From Gemmatimonadota bacterium (lineage in GTDB: Bacteria; Gemmatimonadota; Gemmatimonadetes; Palauibacterales; Palauibacteraceae): 64,000 nt of DNA. Where the stretch lies: assembly GCA_046758745.1 (NCBI GenBank), contig JBHIAV010000003.1:1-64000 (forward strand). Direction: 5' to 3'. The translations under genes and the position numbers were made by a program. Positions 30,207 to 41,809 of this stretch are shown here, piece by piece. The number at the start of each line of letters is the position of its first letter. The stretch's first letter is position 1. The notes under the pieces are model-generated. The model ran no database searches, was not told the DNA's origin, and saw nothing but the letters and a program-made list of their open reading frames with translations.

Positions 30207-30294
30207 GGCAGCGCTCGCAGGCTCCACTTCGACGCCGGCCGGTCCGCTCCAACATTCCCCGAAGCGGCCCTCCCGAAAGCCGGGCCGGTTACCT

Positions 30295-31074
30295 TCAATC
30301 CCCTTTCCTCCGGTCCCCTTTCCTCCCGAGTGTCTTCTCCAGGTAGGCGCGAATCGTATTGTGCGTCCCCGGGTCCTTCCAGGCCGCGGCCACATCCTCC
30401 TCACCGGCCGCTCGGGCTCGCTCGATGGCATCGAGGCTCGGCTCGAGGATCTGGCGCTTGGTGATCTCGAACGCGCGGGCCGGGATCGACGCGAGCTCCG
30501 CCGCCACCTCGCACGCCCGGTCGAGCAGGCGCTCCGGAGGGACGACCTCGTCGACGAGGCCGCGCCGCTCCGCCACCTCGGGCGTGACCGTATCGCCGCG
30601 GTGGATGAGGGCGCGAAAACGTAGCGGCGCGGTGGCCGAGCGGACGATCTCGAGCGCCGCCCGCGGAAAGGGGACGCCGACGCGGAGCTCCGGAAGGCCG
30701 ATCGTCCCCTCTCCCTCGGCCATGATCCGGTAGTCGCACGCAGAGGCGAGGACGCAGCCGCCGGCGATCGCATGCCCGTTCAGCGCCCCCACGACCGGTC
30801 GCGGGAAGGTGAAGAGCCGTAGCATCGCCCGCTCGAGGGCGGGGAGGAGCGCGGCCACGTAGGGCGCTCCCCGTTCGAGCACCTGGAAGAGGTCGACCCC
30901 GGCGGAGAAGATCGAGCCGGTCCCGGTGAGGACCACGGCGCGGTGGGCCTCCGAGTGCTCGATCGCGTCCAGCTCCCCGACCAATGCCCCGCACAGCTCG
31001 AGGTCGAGGGCGCTCGCCTTCCCGTGGGCGAGACGGATACAGGCTATCGGCCCTCTGTCATCGCGGACGATCAC
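30295..31074 (-). CDS. Enoyl-CoA hydratase/isomerase family protein
   Basis: FSAGVDL, NGHAIAGG, GLPELRVG. Confidence 0.9.
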   Translation of the reverse strand: MIVRDDRGPIACIRLAHGKASALDLELCGALVGELDAIEHSEAHRAVVLTGTGSIFSAGVDLFQVLERGAPYVAALLPALERAMLRLFTFPRPVVGALNGHAIAGGCVLASACDYRIMAEGEGTIGLPELRVGVPFPRAALEIVRSATAPLRFRALIHRGDTVTPEVAERRGLVDEVVPPERLLDRACEVAAELASIPARAFEITKRQILEPSLDAIERARAAGEEDVAAAWKDPGTHNTIRAYLEKTLGRKGDRRKGD

Positions 31075-31185
31075 GTGCCCTTACTCCCGGCGGGAGGCTG
31101 TGCGCCCGCACCGCCGATCCAGGCGAGGCCAGCCCTCGGGCGGCGTGGCAGGGACCTCGAACGGAGCCCGGACACCCGACCCTCG

Positions 31186-31944
31186 TCAGCCCTCGGCAGG
31201 CTCCGTGGGAACGGGCTCCCAGATGTAGTCGCGATGCGAGCGGATCATGTCGCCGAACTGCGTCATGGCGCCCGACTCTTGGAGTCGCTCGACGAAGCCT
31301 TCGAAGAAGTCGTCGATCGAATCCCAATCCTTGAAGAAGTAGAGGATCTTCCAGTTGTGCTTCCCGCCCGTGTGGTGGCGGAGGACCACCCAACCACCCA
31401 GGGTGCCGTTCTCGACGGCCTCATTCAGCGCCGGGGCGGCGACTCCATCGAAGAGCTCGTTCCACTCGCCCATCCGGCCGGCCGCCACCTGGAATAGCCC
31501 GGTCTGCAAGTAGGCGAACTCTTCACGCGGCGGGGTGTTCGGACCAACGCTCCAGATCTCGTCCCGGTGCCCGACCCCGAGCTTCCCCCACTCCTCCCAC
31601 TCTTCGTCCGACATGCGAGCCCGCATGCGCTCGAAGAAAGCCCCGAATCCGGCCTCGATGTCCGACCACTCGTAGAAGCGCAGCGCGCTGCGCCAGTTGT
31701 AGTTGTCACCGTACACGTGCGTGAGAGCCGCCCAACCCTGAATCGTCCCTTCCTCGCGCAGCTCCCCGAGGACCGGCGCCACATGCCGGTAGTAGATCTC
31801 CCTCCATGCCGGCATCTGGGAGCTGGGAACCTGGAAGTAGGACTCGTAGACGATGGAAGGCGATCGTTCCGACGCCTCCTGGGGGAAGGCCGGCGCCGCC
31901 GAGAGCGCGAGGGCCGCGGCGAGGATGGGAACCGTGCGTCGCAT
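31186..31944 (-). CDS. Secreted hypothetical protein with two tandem related domains
   Basis: Signal peptide; two repeats FQV...G.I/L.GW..L.H..G..(Y/H)NW...W..I...HRD.IW. Confidence 0.75.
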   Translation of the reverse strand: MRRTVPILAAALALSAAPAFPQEASERSPSIVYESYFQVPSSQMPAWREIYYRHVAPVLGELREEGTIQGWAALTHVYGDNYNWRSALRFYEWSDIEAGFGAFFERMRARMSDEEWEEWGKLGVGHRDEIWSVGPNTPPREEFAYLQTGLFQVAAGRMGEWNELFDGVAAPALNEAVENGTLGGWVVLRHHTGGKHNWKILYFFKDWDSIDDFFEGFVERLQESGAMTQFGDMIRSHRDYIWEPVPTEPAEG

Positions 31945-32137
31945 GTGAGCCTCCGGTCAGGTGGAGTTCGCACCATCGGGAACGGGAGAGGAGCGGCAAC
32001 CTATCTTCCCGCCTCCCGCCGTGAAAGTGGCCTGCAGGGCCGCGCCGGGAGGCGAGCCCGGGCCGGGGTGGATCCAGCCTACGGCGCCTCGGCCCAGCCT
32101 GTGGCCGGCCTCCGCGCACCCCGCGCCCCAGCCGATC

Positions 32138-33217
32138 CTACGCGGCGTCCACGCGCGCCGCCCGCGCTCGCTCGAGGACCCGCTCGGCCTTCCGCCTCGC
32201 CGCGTGCGCGGGAGACTCGCCCGACGCGGCGGCATCGGCGAAGATCTCCGCCAGGCTGTCCCCGACCCGCACCACTCGGGCGCGAAGCTCCGCGTCGTCC
32301 GTCACCCCGCCGTGCATGAGCCCGAACGCGATCGCGCCGCCCGCGTTGACGATGTAGTCGGGGGCGTACAGAATGCCCCGCTCGTGCAGCCGGTCGGCGT
32401 CCGACTCGGATTCGAGCTGGTTGTTCGCCGAGCCTGCCACGATGTGGCAGCGCATCCGAGGGATGGTCTCCGAATTCACGGTCGCCCCCACGGCGCACGG
32501 AGCATACACGTCGCACTCGGCCCCGTATACCTCCTCGGGCGGCACCACGCCGGCCCCGATCTCGGCAGCAAGCGCTTCGGCCTTCGCGGCGTCGAGGTCG
32601 CTCACCAGGAGCTCGGCGCCGGCTCCGGCGAGAAGCCGCGCGAGGGGAGCGCCGACGTCCCCGACTCCCTGAACCAGGACCCGCCGCCCTTCGAGGCCCT
32701 CGTGCCCCAGTGCGTGTCGGACCGCCACCAGGATGCCGGTGAAGACCCCCAGCGCAGTGTACGGTCCCGGGTCCGCGCTCTCTCCCTCGGGGCCCGACTG
32801 GCCCATGATGTAGCGGCACTCCTCCGCCATGATCCCCATATCCGACGGCGTGGTACCCAGGTCCTCGCCGGTGGCGAAGGCACCGTTCAGCGAATCGACC
32901 AGACGGCCGAACCGCCGGAGGAGCGCCTCGCGCTCGGGGCCCACGAGGGGGTGCGGCACGGCGAGGACGCCCTTCCCACCCCCGAACGGGAAGTCGATCG
33001 CCGCCCACTTGTATGTCATCCCCTCGGCGAGCCGCATCGCATCGCGCAGGCCATCCTCGGGAGTCGGGTAGCTCTTCATTCGGCACCCACCCACCGGCAT
33101 GCCGAGGGTCGGATCATGCACCGCGATGAAGAACCAGGTCCCCGTGGCACGGTCGTGGCGGGTCACGACGGCGTGCCCGTCCCACCCTTCGATCAGTGTC
33201 CGCATTCGATCGGACAT
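32138..33217 (-). CDS. Leu/Phe/Val dehydrogenase
   Basis: GGCRM, GMTYK, GGGKGV, GEDLGT, QGVGDVG, GSANNQL, PDYIVNAGG. Confidence 0.93.
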   Translation of the reverse strand: MSDRMRTLIEGWDGHAVVTRHDRATGTWFFIAVHDPTLGMPVGGCRMKSYPTPEDGLRDAMRLAEGMTYKWAAIDFPFGGGKGVLAVPHPLVGPEREALLRRFGRLVDSLNGAFATGEDLGTTPSDMGIMAEECRYIMGQSGPEGESADPGPYTALGVFTGILVAVRHALGHEGLEGRRVLVQGVGDVGAPLARLLAGAGAELLVSDLDAAKAEALAAEIGAGVVPPEEVYGAECDVYAPCAVGATVNSETIPRMRCHIVAGSANNQLESESDADRLHERGILYAPDYIVNAGGAIAFGLMHGGVTDDAELRARVVRVGDSLAEIFADAAASGESPAHAARRKAERVLERARAARVDAA

Positions 33218-33288
33218 CCGGTTCCCTTCTGTTTCTTGGCGTGAGCCGCCTCGAGCCGGGGCGGCGACCCGCGGTCCCGCCCCGCTTG

Positions 33289-34089
33289 CTAGGCGACCGC
33301 CGGACCTGCCGCGCCCGCGGGCTTCACCGCGTAACCCATGAACAGCACGGACTTGTCCTCGCTCTCTCCGAGATCCATGCGACGCGTCGCCTCCACATAT
33401 GTGAGCCGACCGCGCTTTCGCGCGCGCAACGCACGGATCGTCCCCAAGGGATTCGCCCGTGGCCTGAGCCCTGTGAGGCCGCGAGGCTCCAAACCATGCC
33501 TGGTGAGCAGCGCCTGCAGCTCCCTCGGTTTGATGAACATTCGCCAGTCATGGAGGTGCGGCGGCATGAAGCTCGTCCAGCTCCATTCCTGAAAGAGCTT
33601 GATCACGATCAGCTTGCTTTGGAAGGTCCGGTTGATCGTGTCGTACAGATAGACGCCACCTGCCCTGAGCACCCGGGCGCTTTCCGCGATGACCTGCTCC
33701 AGGTCGTCTACATGCTCCAGCACGTCGCAGCAGTACACGATGTCGAACGCAGCGTCCTCGAATGGAAGGGCTTCACCGCTACCGTGCCGGTAGTTTATCT
33801 CGCGCCCCACCTGCGCGGCGTGAGCCCGCGCGGCAGCCAAGGATTTTTCGGAGGGATCGACGCCGGTTACGGCGCACCCGAGTCCCGCGAACTCCTCGGC
33901 AAGAATCCCGCCTCCGCACCCGACGTCCAGCGCCTTCAAGCCCTTGACGTCAAGCCCGAGATCCTCGAGTAGAACCCTTCGCATGTAGCCGAACCGGCCT
34001 GGATTCAGCGCCTTCAGAACATGGAGGAATCCGGCCTCGTCCCACCACGTGTCCGACAACCTATCGTAGAGCTCGTTATCGACGGGCAT
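33289..34089 (-). CDS. UbiG-like SAM-dependent O-methyltransferase
   Basis: WWD, LNP.R, LDVGCGGG, VLEHV, TINRT, HDWRMFIKP. Confidence 0.85.
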   Translation of the reverse strand: MPVDNELYDRLSDTWWDEAGFLHVLKALNPGRFGYMRRVLLEDLGLDVKGLKALDVGCGGGILAEEFAGLGCAVTGVDPSEKSLAAARAHAAQVGREINYRHGSGEALPFEDAAFDIVYCCDVLEHVDDLEQVIAESARVLRAGGVYLYDTINRTFQSKLIVIKLFQEWSWTSFMPPHLHDWRMFIKPRELQALLTRHGLEPRGLTGLRPRANPLGTIRALRARKRGRLTYVEATRRMDLGESEDKSVLFMGYAVKPAGAAGPAVA

Positions 34090-34241
34090 GACAGCCTACT
34101 CCGACGCTCTCGACCCTCAGCCGGCCGGTCATCGACTCGCCTCCTCGGCTTCCCAGGAACCCGAAGTGACGGCCGTCACCCGCCGGACAGAGTCTTGATT
34201 CATCCCGGCGCGGCGACCAGAGGACGGACCCGCTCCTCGTC

Positions 34242-34748
34242 TCAGGGCGTCCTCCCGAGCCTCTCGGAGAGGGCATTCAGATACCGGCGCAGCGTACCAT
34301 CGTAACCAAACACGAAGCGGGCCATGAAGCGGAAGATCGGGTTGTAGATCTCTCCCTTCTCGGTGATGGTGACCCGGGTGCCGGTTCCTTCCGGAACGAG
34401 GTCGTACGTCCAGCTCCCGCCGAAGGGCAGCTCTGGATCGGCGATCACGGTCACCATGTGGCGCGGGGGATCGATCTCGGTCACCTCGTACGTCAGCCGT
34501 CCCTGCCTTCCGACCTCGACCCACACGGGATGTCCGTTGCGGTCGGGAAGGCGTTCCATCCGCTTCACACCGGGTCGCCACGCGGGCGCCTCCTCGAACG
34601 CCGTGATCACCGCCCACACCTCCTCGGGCGGGGCGTCGAGGGTCGCGCTGCCGGAGGCCACGTGTCTTTCCGGGAGGAGCGCCCCCACGATCCCGACCAC
34701 GCTGACGAGCGCGACGACAAAGGCGATCGCGATGAGAACCCACTTCAT
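34242..34748 (-). CDS. SRPBCC (polyketide cyclase/dehydrase) family protein
   Basis: N-terminal TM; APPEEVW..ITAF, PFGGSWTY, TITEKGEIYNP. Confidence 0.85.
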   Translation of the reverse strand: MKWVLIAIAFVVALVSVVGIVGALLPERHVASGSATLDAPPEEVWAVITAFEEAPAWRPGVKRMERLPDRNGHPVWVEVGRQGRLTYEVTEIDPPRHMVTVIADPELPFGGSWTYDLVPEGTGTRVTITEKGEIYNPIFRFMARFVFGYDGTLRRYLNALSERLGRTP

Positions 34749-34814
34749 GACGTGTCACCCCTTTCTTCGATGGGCGTCTTCCAGCTTTGGCCTCCCGGCT
34801 CCTCGGGCGGCCCG

Positions 34815-35309
34815 TCACCCGCCGCGTGCCAGCCGTACAGCCGTTACCACGAGACCGATCCCGATGATCGCGCTCAGGCGAGCCAGCCACGCCGCGCGTC
34901 TCCGGAGGGACGCCGCGAGCGGAGTGCCGGGCTCGACCCGAGAGGCGCGGGGTCCGATCGCGAAGTCATGCAACGCCTGAAGGACGAGCATCGCGACGAC
35001 CGCAGCCAGCTTCCATGCGAGGGCCCGGCCATACGCCGTGGACCAGAACGCCGCCTCGCCGAGCAGCTCCCAGCGGAGGATCTCCCGGAAGTGGAGGTTG
35101 GCCGTCCCGGTGACGAGCAGGACGACGACCGCGATCCACCCGGCGAGCCGGTAGCGCTCACCGAGCGATCGAAAGAGCTCGGCGCGCAGAGACTCCGGTT
35201 CCACCCGGCGGAGCACGGGCGCGCCGACGGCGGCGAGGAAGAACATGCCGCCGAGCCAGAAGAGGGCGGCGAGGAGGTGGAGCGTGACGCTCAGTTGATA
35301 GAGCGACAC
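34815..35309 (-). CDS. CopD/DUF4149-like membrane protein
   Basis: HLLAALFWLGG, LLVTG, LAWKL, HDF.IGP; four TM segments. Confidence 0.75.
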   Translation of the reverse strand: MSLYQLSVTLHLLAALFWLGGMFFLAAVGAPVLRRVEPESLRAELFRSLGERYRLAGWIAVVVLLVTGTANLHFREILRWELLGEAAFWSTAYGRALAWKLAAVVAMLVLQALHDFAIGPRASRVEPGTPLAASLRRRAAWLARLSAIIGIGLVVTAVRLARGG

Positions 35310-35406
35310 GCCGGCGCTCTCTTCCCGATCGGCCGGAGCGGAGCCACCGCTCCCTCACCTCTCACCTTCGACTCCTCGGAGGGTGATCTCCCGGCTCGCC
35401 CACTCT

Positions 35407-36072
35407 TCACACGGGCCACTCCTCCCCGCGCCAGCACATCTCCCAGAACCGCCACTCGTAACGGCTCGAGAGGACGAAGAGATCGGTCAGACGCCGGCGC
35501 TTCTCCGACCCCACCCCCTCGACGACCCGGTTCGTCTCGGCCTGCAGCCACTCCGATGCCTCGCAGAACTCCCGGGAGGTGTACTGCGCGATCCAGTCGG
35601 CGTACCGCTGATCGGCCGGGGGGCTCGATTCGGCGAGATGGGCAGCGATGTGCGCGTAACCCCACGCGCAGGGGAGGAGAGCGGCGAGGAGATCCGCCAT
35701 GTCCCCATCTGCCGCCGTGCGAACCAGAAAGTCCGTGTACGCCCGGGTCGTCGGCCACATGGGCTCGGCCTCCAGCTCCTCGGCCGAGATCCCGAAGCGG
35801 GCCGCGTATTTCCGGTGCAGCTCCATCTCCGTGTTCAGGGTGAGATGGAGGGCGGCGGCGAACCAGCCCATGGACTCCAGCCGGTCCGCCTTCGCGGCCC
35901 CCCATGCGAAGATGCGCGCGAACTCCTTGAGGTACAGGTAGTCCTGCCTCACCCATCGGCCGAACAGCCCCTCGTCCAGCGTTCCGTCGCCGATCCCGAC
36001 GACGAAGGGATGGCGGAGCTGGGCCTCCCAGATGGGCCGCGCGGCCTTCAACAGCTGGTCGGTGAACGCCAC
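35407..36072 (-). CDS. tenA: Thiaminase II (TenA, Cys-containing type)
   Basis: HPFV..IGDGTL, QDYLYL, LLPCAWGY catalytic Cys, YADWI..Y, YEWRFW. Confidence 0.9.
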   Translation of the reverse strand: MAFTDQLLKAARPIWEAQLRHPFVVGIGDGTLDEGLFGRWVRQDYLYLKEFARIFAWGAAKADRLESMGWFAAALHLTLNTEMELHRKYAARFGISAEELEAEPMWPTTRAYTDFLVRTAADGDMADLLAALLPCAWGYAHIAAHLAESSPPADQRYADWIAQYTSREFCEASEWLQAETNRVVEGVGSEKRRRLTDLFVLSSRYEWRFWEMCWRGEEWPV

Positions 36073-36075
36073 CCC

Positions 36076-36780
36076 TCAGCCGCGCGTCGGAACGGGGCGC
36101 ACGCCCGCGGCGGCGAGCCCCGGGAAGGACTCGAGGCCCGGCCAGCTCTCGCCCTGCATGGCGAGCTCCCAGAAGGCCACCTCGTACTTCGTCGTCACCT
36201 CGAACAGGTCGGCCATCCGGGCGCGCGCGGCGGGTCCGACCTCCCCCGCCAGCGTGTCCAGCTCCCCCTCCAGGTACATGACGTACTCGCGAAACGACTC
36301 CCCACCCCACTTCTCGACGAACGGGTACCAGGACGAGGACGGATCGATGCCCTCCTTCACCACGCGCCACGAATCGTGGTACGCCTTCTCGGCCACATAG
36401 TACACGGTGTACGCCTCCGCGTAGCTCGCCGCATACGCCGTGGCGATGAGGAACTGCACGTACGCATGACAGATGAAGGAGGGGGGCGTGCCCTTGAGCT
36501 CGACTCCGAGCGCGGACGCGCGCTCCTCGAACAGACGGAGCTCCTGATGGAGCGCGGCCAACGCGTTCGTCAGCGGCTCACGATGCCGCGCGGGAGCGCG
36601 GGGGATGAGCGCCGCCGTGAAGGGGATGGCCGCCTCGACGAAGAGGTAGTCCTGGCGCATCCAGGTGGCGAACTTCTCGGGGGGGAGGGTCCCGTCACGC
36701 GTCTCGCGCAGGAACGGGTGGGCCAGCATGAAGTCCCACAGCGGCCTGAGCCGCTCGAGCTGCTCGGCGCAGAATCCCAT
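36076..36780 (-). CDS. TenA family protein lacking the catalytic Cys (TenA_E-like)
   Basis: HPFL...DGTL, QDYLF, AEKAYHDSW in place of the CxxxY motif, YEVAFW. Confidence 0.85.
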   Translation of the reverse strand: MGFCAEQLERLRPLWDFMLAHPFLRETRDGTLPPEKFATWMRQDYLFVEAAIPFTAALIPRAPARHREPLTNALAALHQELRLFEERASALGVELKGTPPSFICHAYVQFLIATAYAASYAEAYTVYYVAEKAYHDSWRVVKEGIDPSSSWYPFVEKWGGESFREYVMYLEGELDTLAGEVGPAARARMADLFEVTTKYEVAFWELAMQGESWPGLESFPGLAAAGVRPVPTRG

Positions 36781-36786
36781 GTTCGA

Positions 36787-36835
36787 CTCCCTCCGCCGGC
36801 ATTACCCGGGCAGGTTCAAAGGGTGTGATCTCAGC
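36787..36835 (-). ncRNA. TPP riboswitch-like element (3' portion only, atypical)
   Basis: GCUGAGAUCACACCCUUUGAACCUGCCCGGGUAAUGCCGGCGGAGGGAG immediately before the tenA ATG; the canonical 5' GGGG strand of P2 is not found. Confidence 0.75.
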
Positions 36836-36841
36836 GGGCGG

Positions 36842-36870
36842 ATCATACCGGCAGGGGCGCGTGGTGAAAA
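36842..36870 (-). promoter_or_regulatory. Sigma-70-like promoter for the tenA genes
   Basis: TTTTCA-N17-TATGAT on the minus strand. Confidence 0.5.
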
Positions 36871-36962
36871 GGAGCCTGGAGGACTTCCGAGCGTTGGCCG
36901 GCCTGCCGCGACCGGCGCTACATTGGGTGCGAAACTTTCCGACCGTCAGCGGGAGGAGAGCC

Positions 36963-37520
36963 ATGCGACTGGAAGGAAAGCGCGTCGCGTACCTGGTCGA
37001 GGAAGGCTTCGAGGACCTCGAGTTCTGGGTGCCCGTGATGCGGCTGCGCGAGGAAGGCGCGGAAGTGGTGGTCGTGGGAACGGGTCGGCAGGAATCGTTC
37101 CGTGGCAAGCATTGTCTGAAGGCGACCCCCGACACCACGGCGGATGACGTGCGGGCGGAGGACTTCGACGCGGTGGTGATCCCGGGCGGATGGGCCCCCG
37201 ACAAGTTGCGGCGATTCGAGAGCGTCCTCAGGCTCGTGCGCCAGGCAGCCGAGCTGGACCGGGTGGTGGGCGCGATCTGCCACGCCGGATCGGTTCCGAT
37301 CAGCGCCGGGATCGTGCGCGGCCGCCGGGCCACCGGTTCCACGGGAATCAAGGACGACCTCGAGAACGCCGGCGCGATGTGGATCGACGAGCCCGCGTTT
37401 CGCGACGGCAACTTCGTGTGGGGGCGCGTGGTGGAGGACATCCCCGACTTCTGCCGGGAGCTGGTCCGGGCGATCGCCACGCACGTGCCGAGCGCTCCAC
37501 GGGCCCAGGCGGTCGGTTGA
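36963..37520 (+). CDS. PfpI/DJ-1 family protein
   Basis: GFEDLE, IPGGWAPDKLR, AICHAG; GGAGGAG SD. Confidence 0.92.
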   Translation: MRLEGKRVAYLVEEGFEDLEFWVPVMRLREEGAEVVVVGTGRQESFRGKHCLKATPDTTADDVRAEDFDAVVIPGGWAPDKLRRFESVLRLVRQAAELDRVVGAICHAGSVPISAGIVRGRRATGSTGIKDDLENAGAMWIDEPAFRDGNFVWGRVVEDIPDFCRELVRAIATHVPSAPRAQAVG

Positions 37521-37707
37521 GCTGAGGCCGAGCCGCCGCCTATCCGGCCTCCGGTACGGGATCGCCGGCTCCGTACTGCCGCGCAACCGACGAGCCGCCG
37601 CCCTTACCCCTCCTTCTTCTAGGCCTCCGGATCGGCCTTCGCGTCCGTCGCCCGCGGCGGCCCGGCGCTGGACACGAGCACCGACGGATCGGCTCTCGCC
37701 TGCGACA

Positions 37708-38456
37708 TCAGCCTCCCTTCCCCAGAACGGCCAGAAGGTAGTCCCGGTTCAGCCGGGCGATGTAGTCGACGCTGATCTCTTTCGGGCAGGCGTTCTGGCA
37801 GGCCCCGTGGTTGGTGCAGTTGCCGAAGCGCTCCCGATCCATCTGGAGGACCATCTCCAGCACCCGGTCGTAGCGCTCCGGCTGTCCCTGCGGGAGCAGA
37901 CCCAGGTGGGTGACCTTCGCCGAGGTGAAGAGCATCGCTGAAGCGTTGGGACACGCCGCCACGCATGCCCCGCAGCCGATGCAGGTCGCGGCGTCGAACG
38001 CCCGGTCCGCGTCCTCCTTACCCACCGGGATGGCGTTCGCGTCGGGAGCGCTCCCGGCGCGCACGGAGATGTACCCGCCCACCTGGATAATCCGGTCGAA
38101 GGCGCTCCGGTCGACCACGAGGTCCTTCACCACGGGGAAGGCGGCGGCGCGCCACGGTTCGAGCCACAGCTCGTCGCCGTCCCGATAGTGACGCATGTGG
38201 AGCTGGCACACAGTGGTGGCGGGGAGGGGCCCGTGCGGCCGGCCGTCGATCACGAAGCCGCACGAGCCGCAGATCCCCTCGCGGCAGTCGTGGTCGAAGG
38301 CGATCGGCTCCTCGTCCCGCTCCACGATCTCCTCGTTCACCACGTCCAGCATCTCGAGGAAGGACATGTCGGGACTCACCCCGCTCGCCTCGTAGGTGAC
38401 GAAGCGTCCCTCCGCCGCGGGGCCGGCCTGGCGCCACACGTGCAGGGTGAGGCGCA

Positions 38457-38457
<1 letters not shown>
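37708..38457 (-). CDS. sdhB: Succinate dehydrogenase/fumarate reductase Fe-S subunit
   Basis: [32 protein letters not shown]. Confidence 0.95.
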
Positions 38458-40370
<1,913 letters not shown>

Positions 40371-40385
40371 CTCGCGTCTTCCCGC

Positions 40386-41063
40386 TTACCGGACGATGCC
40401 CGCGAGGACCGCGGCCGGACCCGAGAGGAACCCCGCGACGATGAGTATCGCTAGCGCCGCGGCGAGCGGTCGGCGGTGACGGTTGTACCGGGGGTGGTTG
40501 GCGCCGAGCGTCTGAAAGCCGCTCCACACGCCGTGGTAGACGTGGAGTCCCAGGAAGATCATGGCGGCCGCGTAGGCCAGCGCCACCGGCCATGTCTGGA
40601 AGCCGGTCACGAAGTTGTGGTAGGCGTCACCCGGGATGAAGTCGCGGTGCGCGGTCCCCCACGTGAAGTGCATCAGGTGGTAGATGACGAAGGCCGTGAT
40701 GATGACGCCACCCCAACGCATGGTTCGCGACGCATAGCTGAATTCGATCGACTCGGTTTTCCGGTATCCGACCGGGCGCGCCGCGTGGCTCATCCGCGAG
40801 AGCTGGATGGCGGCCGCGATGTGGATCGTCACCGACACCAGCAGGACGATCCGAAGGATCCACAGGAGCTGGCCGTGGCCGAAGATCGGATAGCCCGCCT
40901 CGCGGAGGAACTCGGCGTACGCGTTGAACTTCTCAGGCCCCTGGAAGACCTTGAGATTGCCGAGCATGTGGACGACGACGAACCCGACGAAGAGGTACCC
41001 GGTGATCGCCATCGCCGCCTTCTTGCCGACCGAGCTGCCGTACACAGAAAGGACCCGGCGCAT
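40386..41063 (-). CDS. sdhC: Succinate dehydrogenase cytochrome b subunit
   Basis: SSVGKK..MAITG, HMLGNL, conserved His residues, HGVWSGFQTLG. Confidence 0.92.
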   Translation of the reverse strand: MRRVLSVYGSSVGKKAAMAITGYLFVGFVVVHMLGNLKVFQGPEKFNAYAEFLREAGYPIFGHGQLLWILRIVLLVSVTIHIAAAIQLSRMSHAARPVGYRKTESIEFSYASRTMRWGGVIITAFVIYHLMHFTWGTAHRDFIPGDAYHNFVTGFQTWPVALAYAAAMIFLGLHVYHGVWSGFQTLGANHPRYNRHRRPLAAALAILIVAGFLSGPAAVLAGIVR

Positions 41064-41155
41064 TACCACTCGCTTCGTTGGGGAATGAGCCGGGGGGACA
41101 ATATCGAGGGCCACGGACCGCAACAAGCAGCCGCCGAGGAGGACGAGGGACGCCG

Positions 41156-41539
41156 TCAGCTCTCCCAGTAGCGGGCCTTTCGCGGGAGGATCCCCCTCAG
41201 CCCGCCGGTGGGATCCGGCACATCTCCCAGGTGGCGCGGGATGACATGGATGTGGGCGTGCTGGATCGTCTGTCCGGCCGCGAGCCCGTCGTTGATCCCG
41301 ATGGTGAAGCCATCGGGCCTGAGGTCGGCGGCGAGCCGTCCCCTGACCTCCGCCACCAGCTCCCAGATCGCCGCCTGCTCTCCCCTCGGTAGCTCGTAGA
41401 AGCCCTCGACGTGGCGCTTGGGCACGACGAGGGTATGGCCCTCTGTCGCCGGATAGAGGTCGGGCACGGCGACGGCCTCTTCCGTCTCGATCCAGATGCG
41501 CTCGTCCGGCAGCGGGCAAAAGGGACAATCGCTGTCCAT
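41156..41539 (-). CDS. HIT family nucleotide hydrolase
   Basis: CPFC, GHTLVVPKRH, AGQT..HAHIHVIPR. Confidence 0.9.
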   Translation of the reverse strand: MDSDCPFCPLPDERIWIETEEAVAVPDLYPATEGHTLVVPKRHVEGFYELPRGEQAAIWELVAEVRGRLAADLRPDGFTIGINDGLAAGQTIQHAHIHVIPRHLGDVPDPTGGLRGILPRKARYWES

Positions 41540-41809
41540 ACCAACCTCGAAGAGACCGGAGCCACGGGGGAAGCGGAGCGAGGCGCTCCGACGCTCCGCT
41601 CACACCAACCTACCACCCCGCCCGTGCCTCGTCACCGGGAACGTCGGGGCGTCCGGAATGGTTTACCGCCGCACGCCGCTCGCAACGGAACGCGTGCGGG
41701 AGGTTTCGAGGCCGCGTAGTTTCGTTCTTCCCGTCTCGCTCCCGTAAGAAGCCGGCCCGCCGGGGGATAGAGTCGGGCGCAGGATCCCCGCGTGGGCCAA
41801 GGAGGCCGT

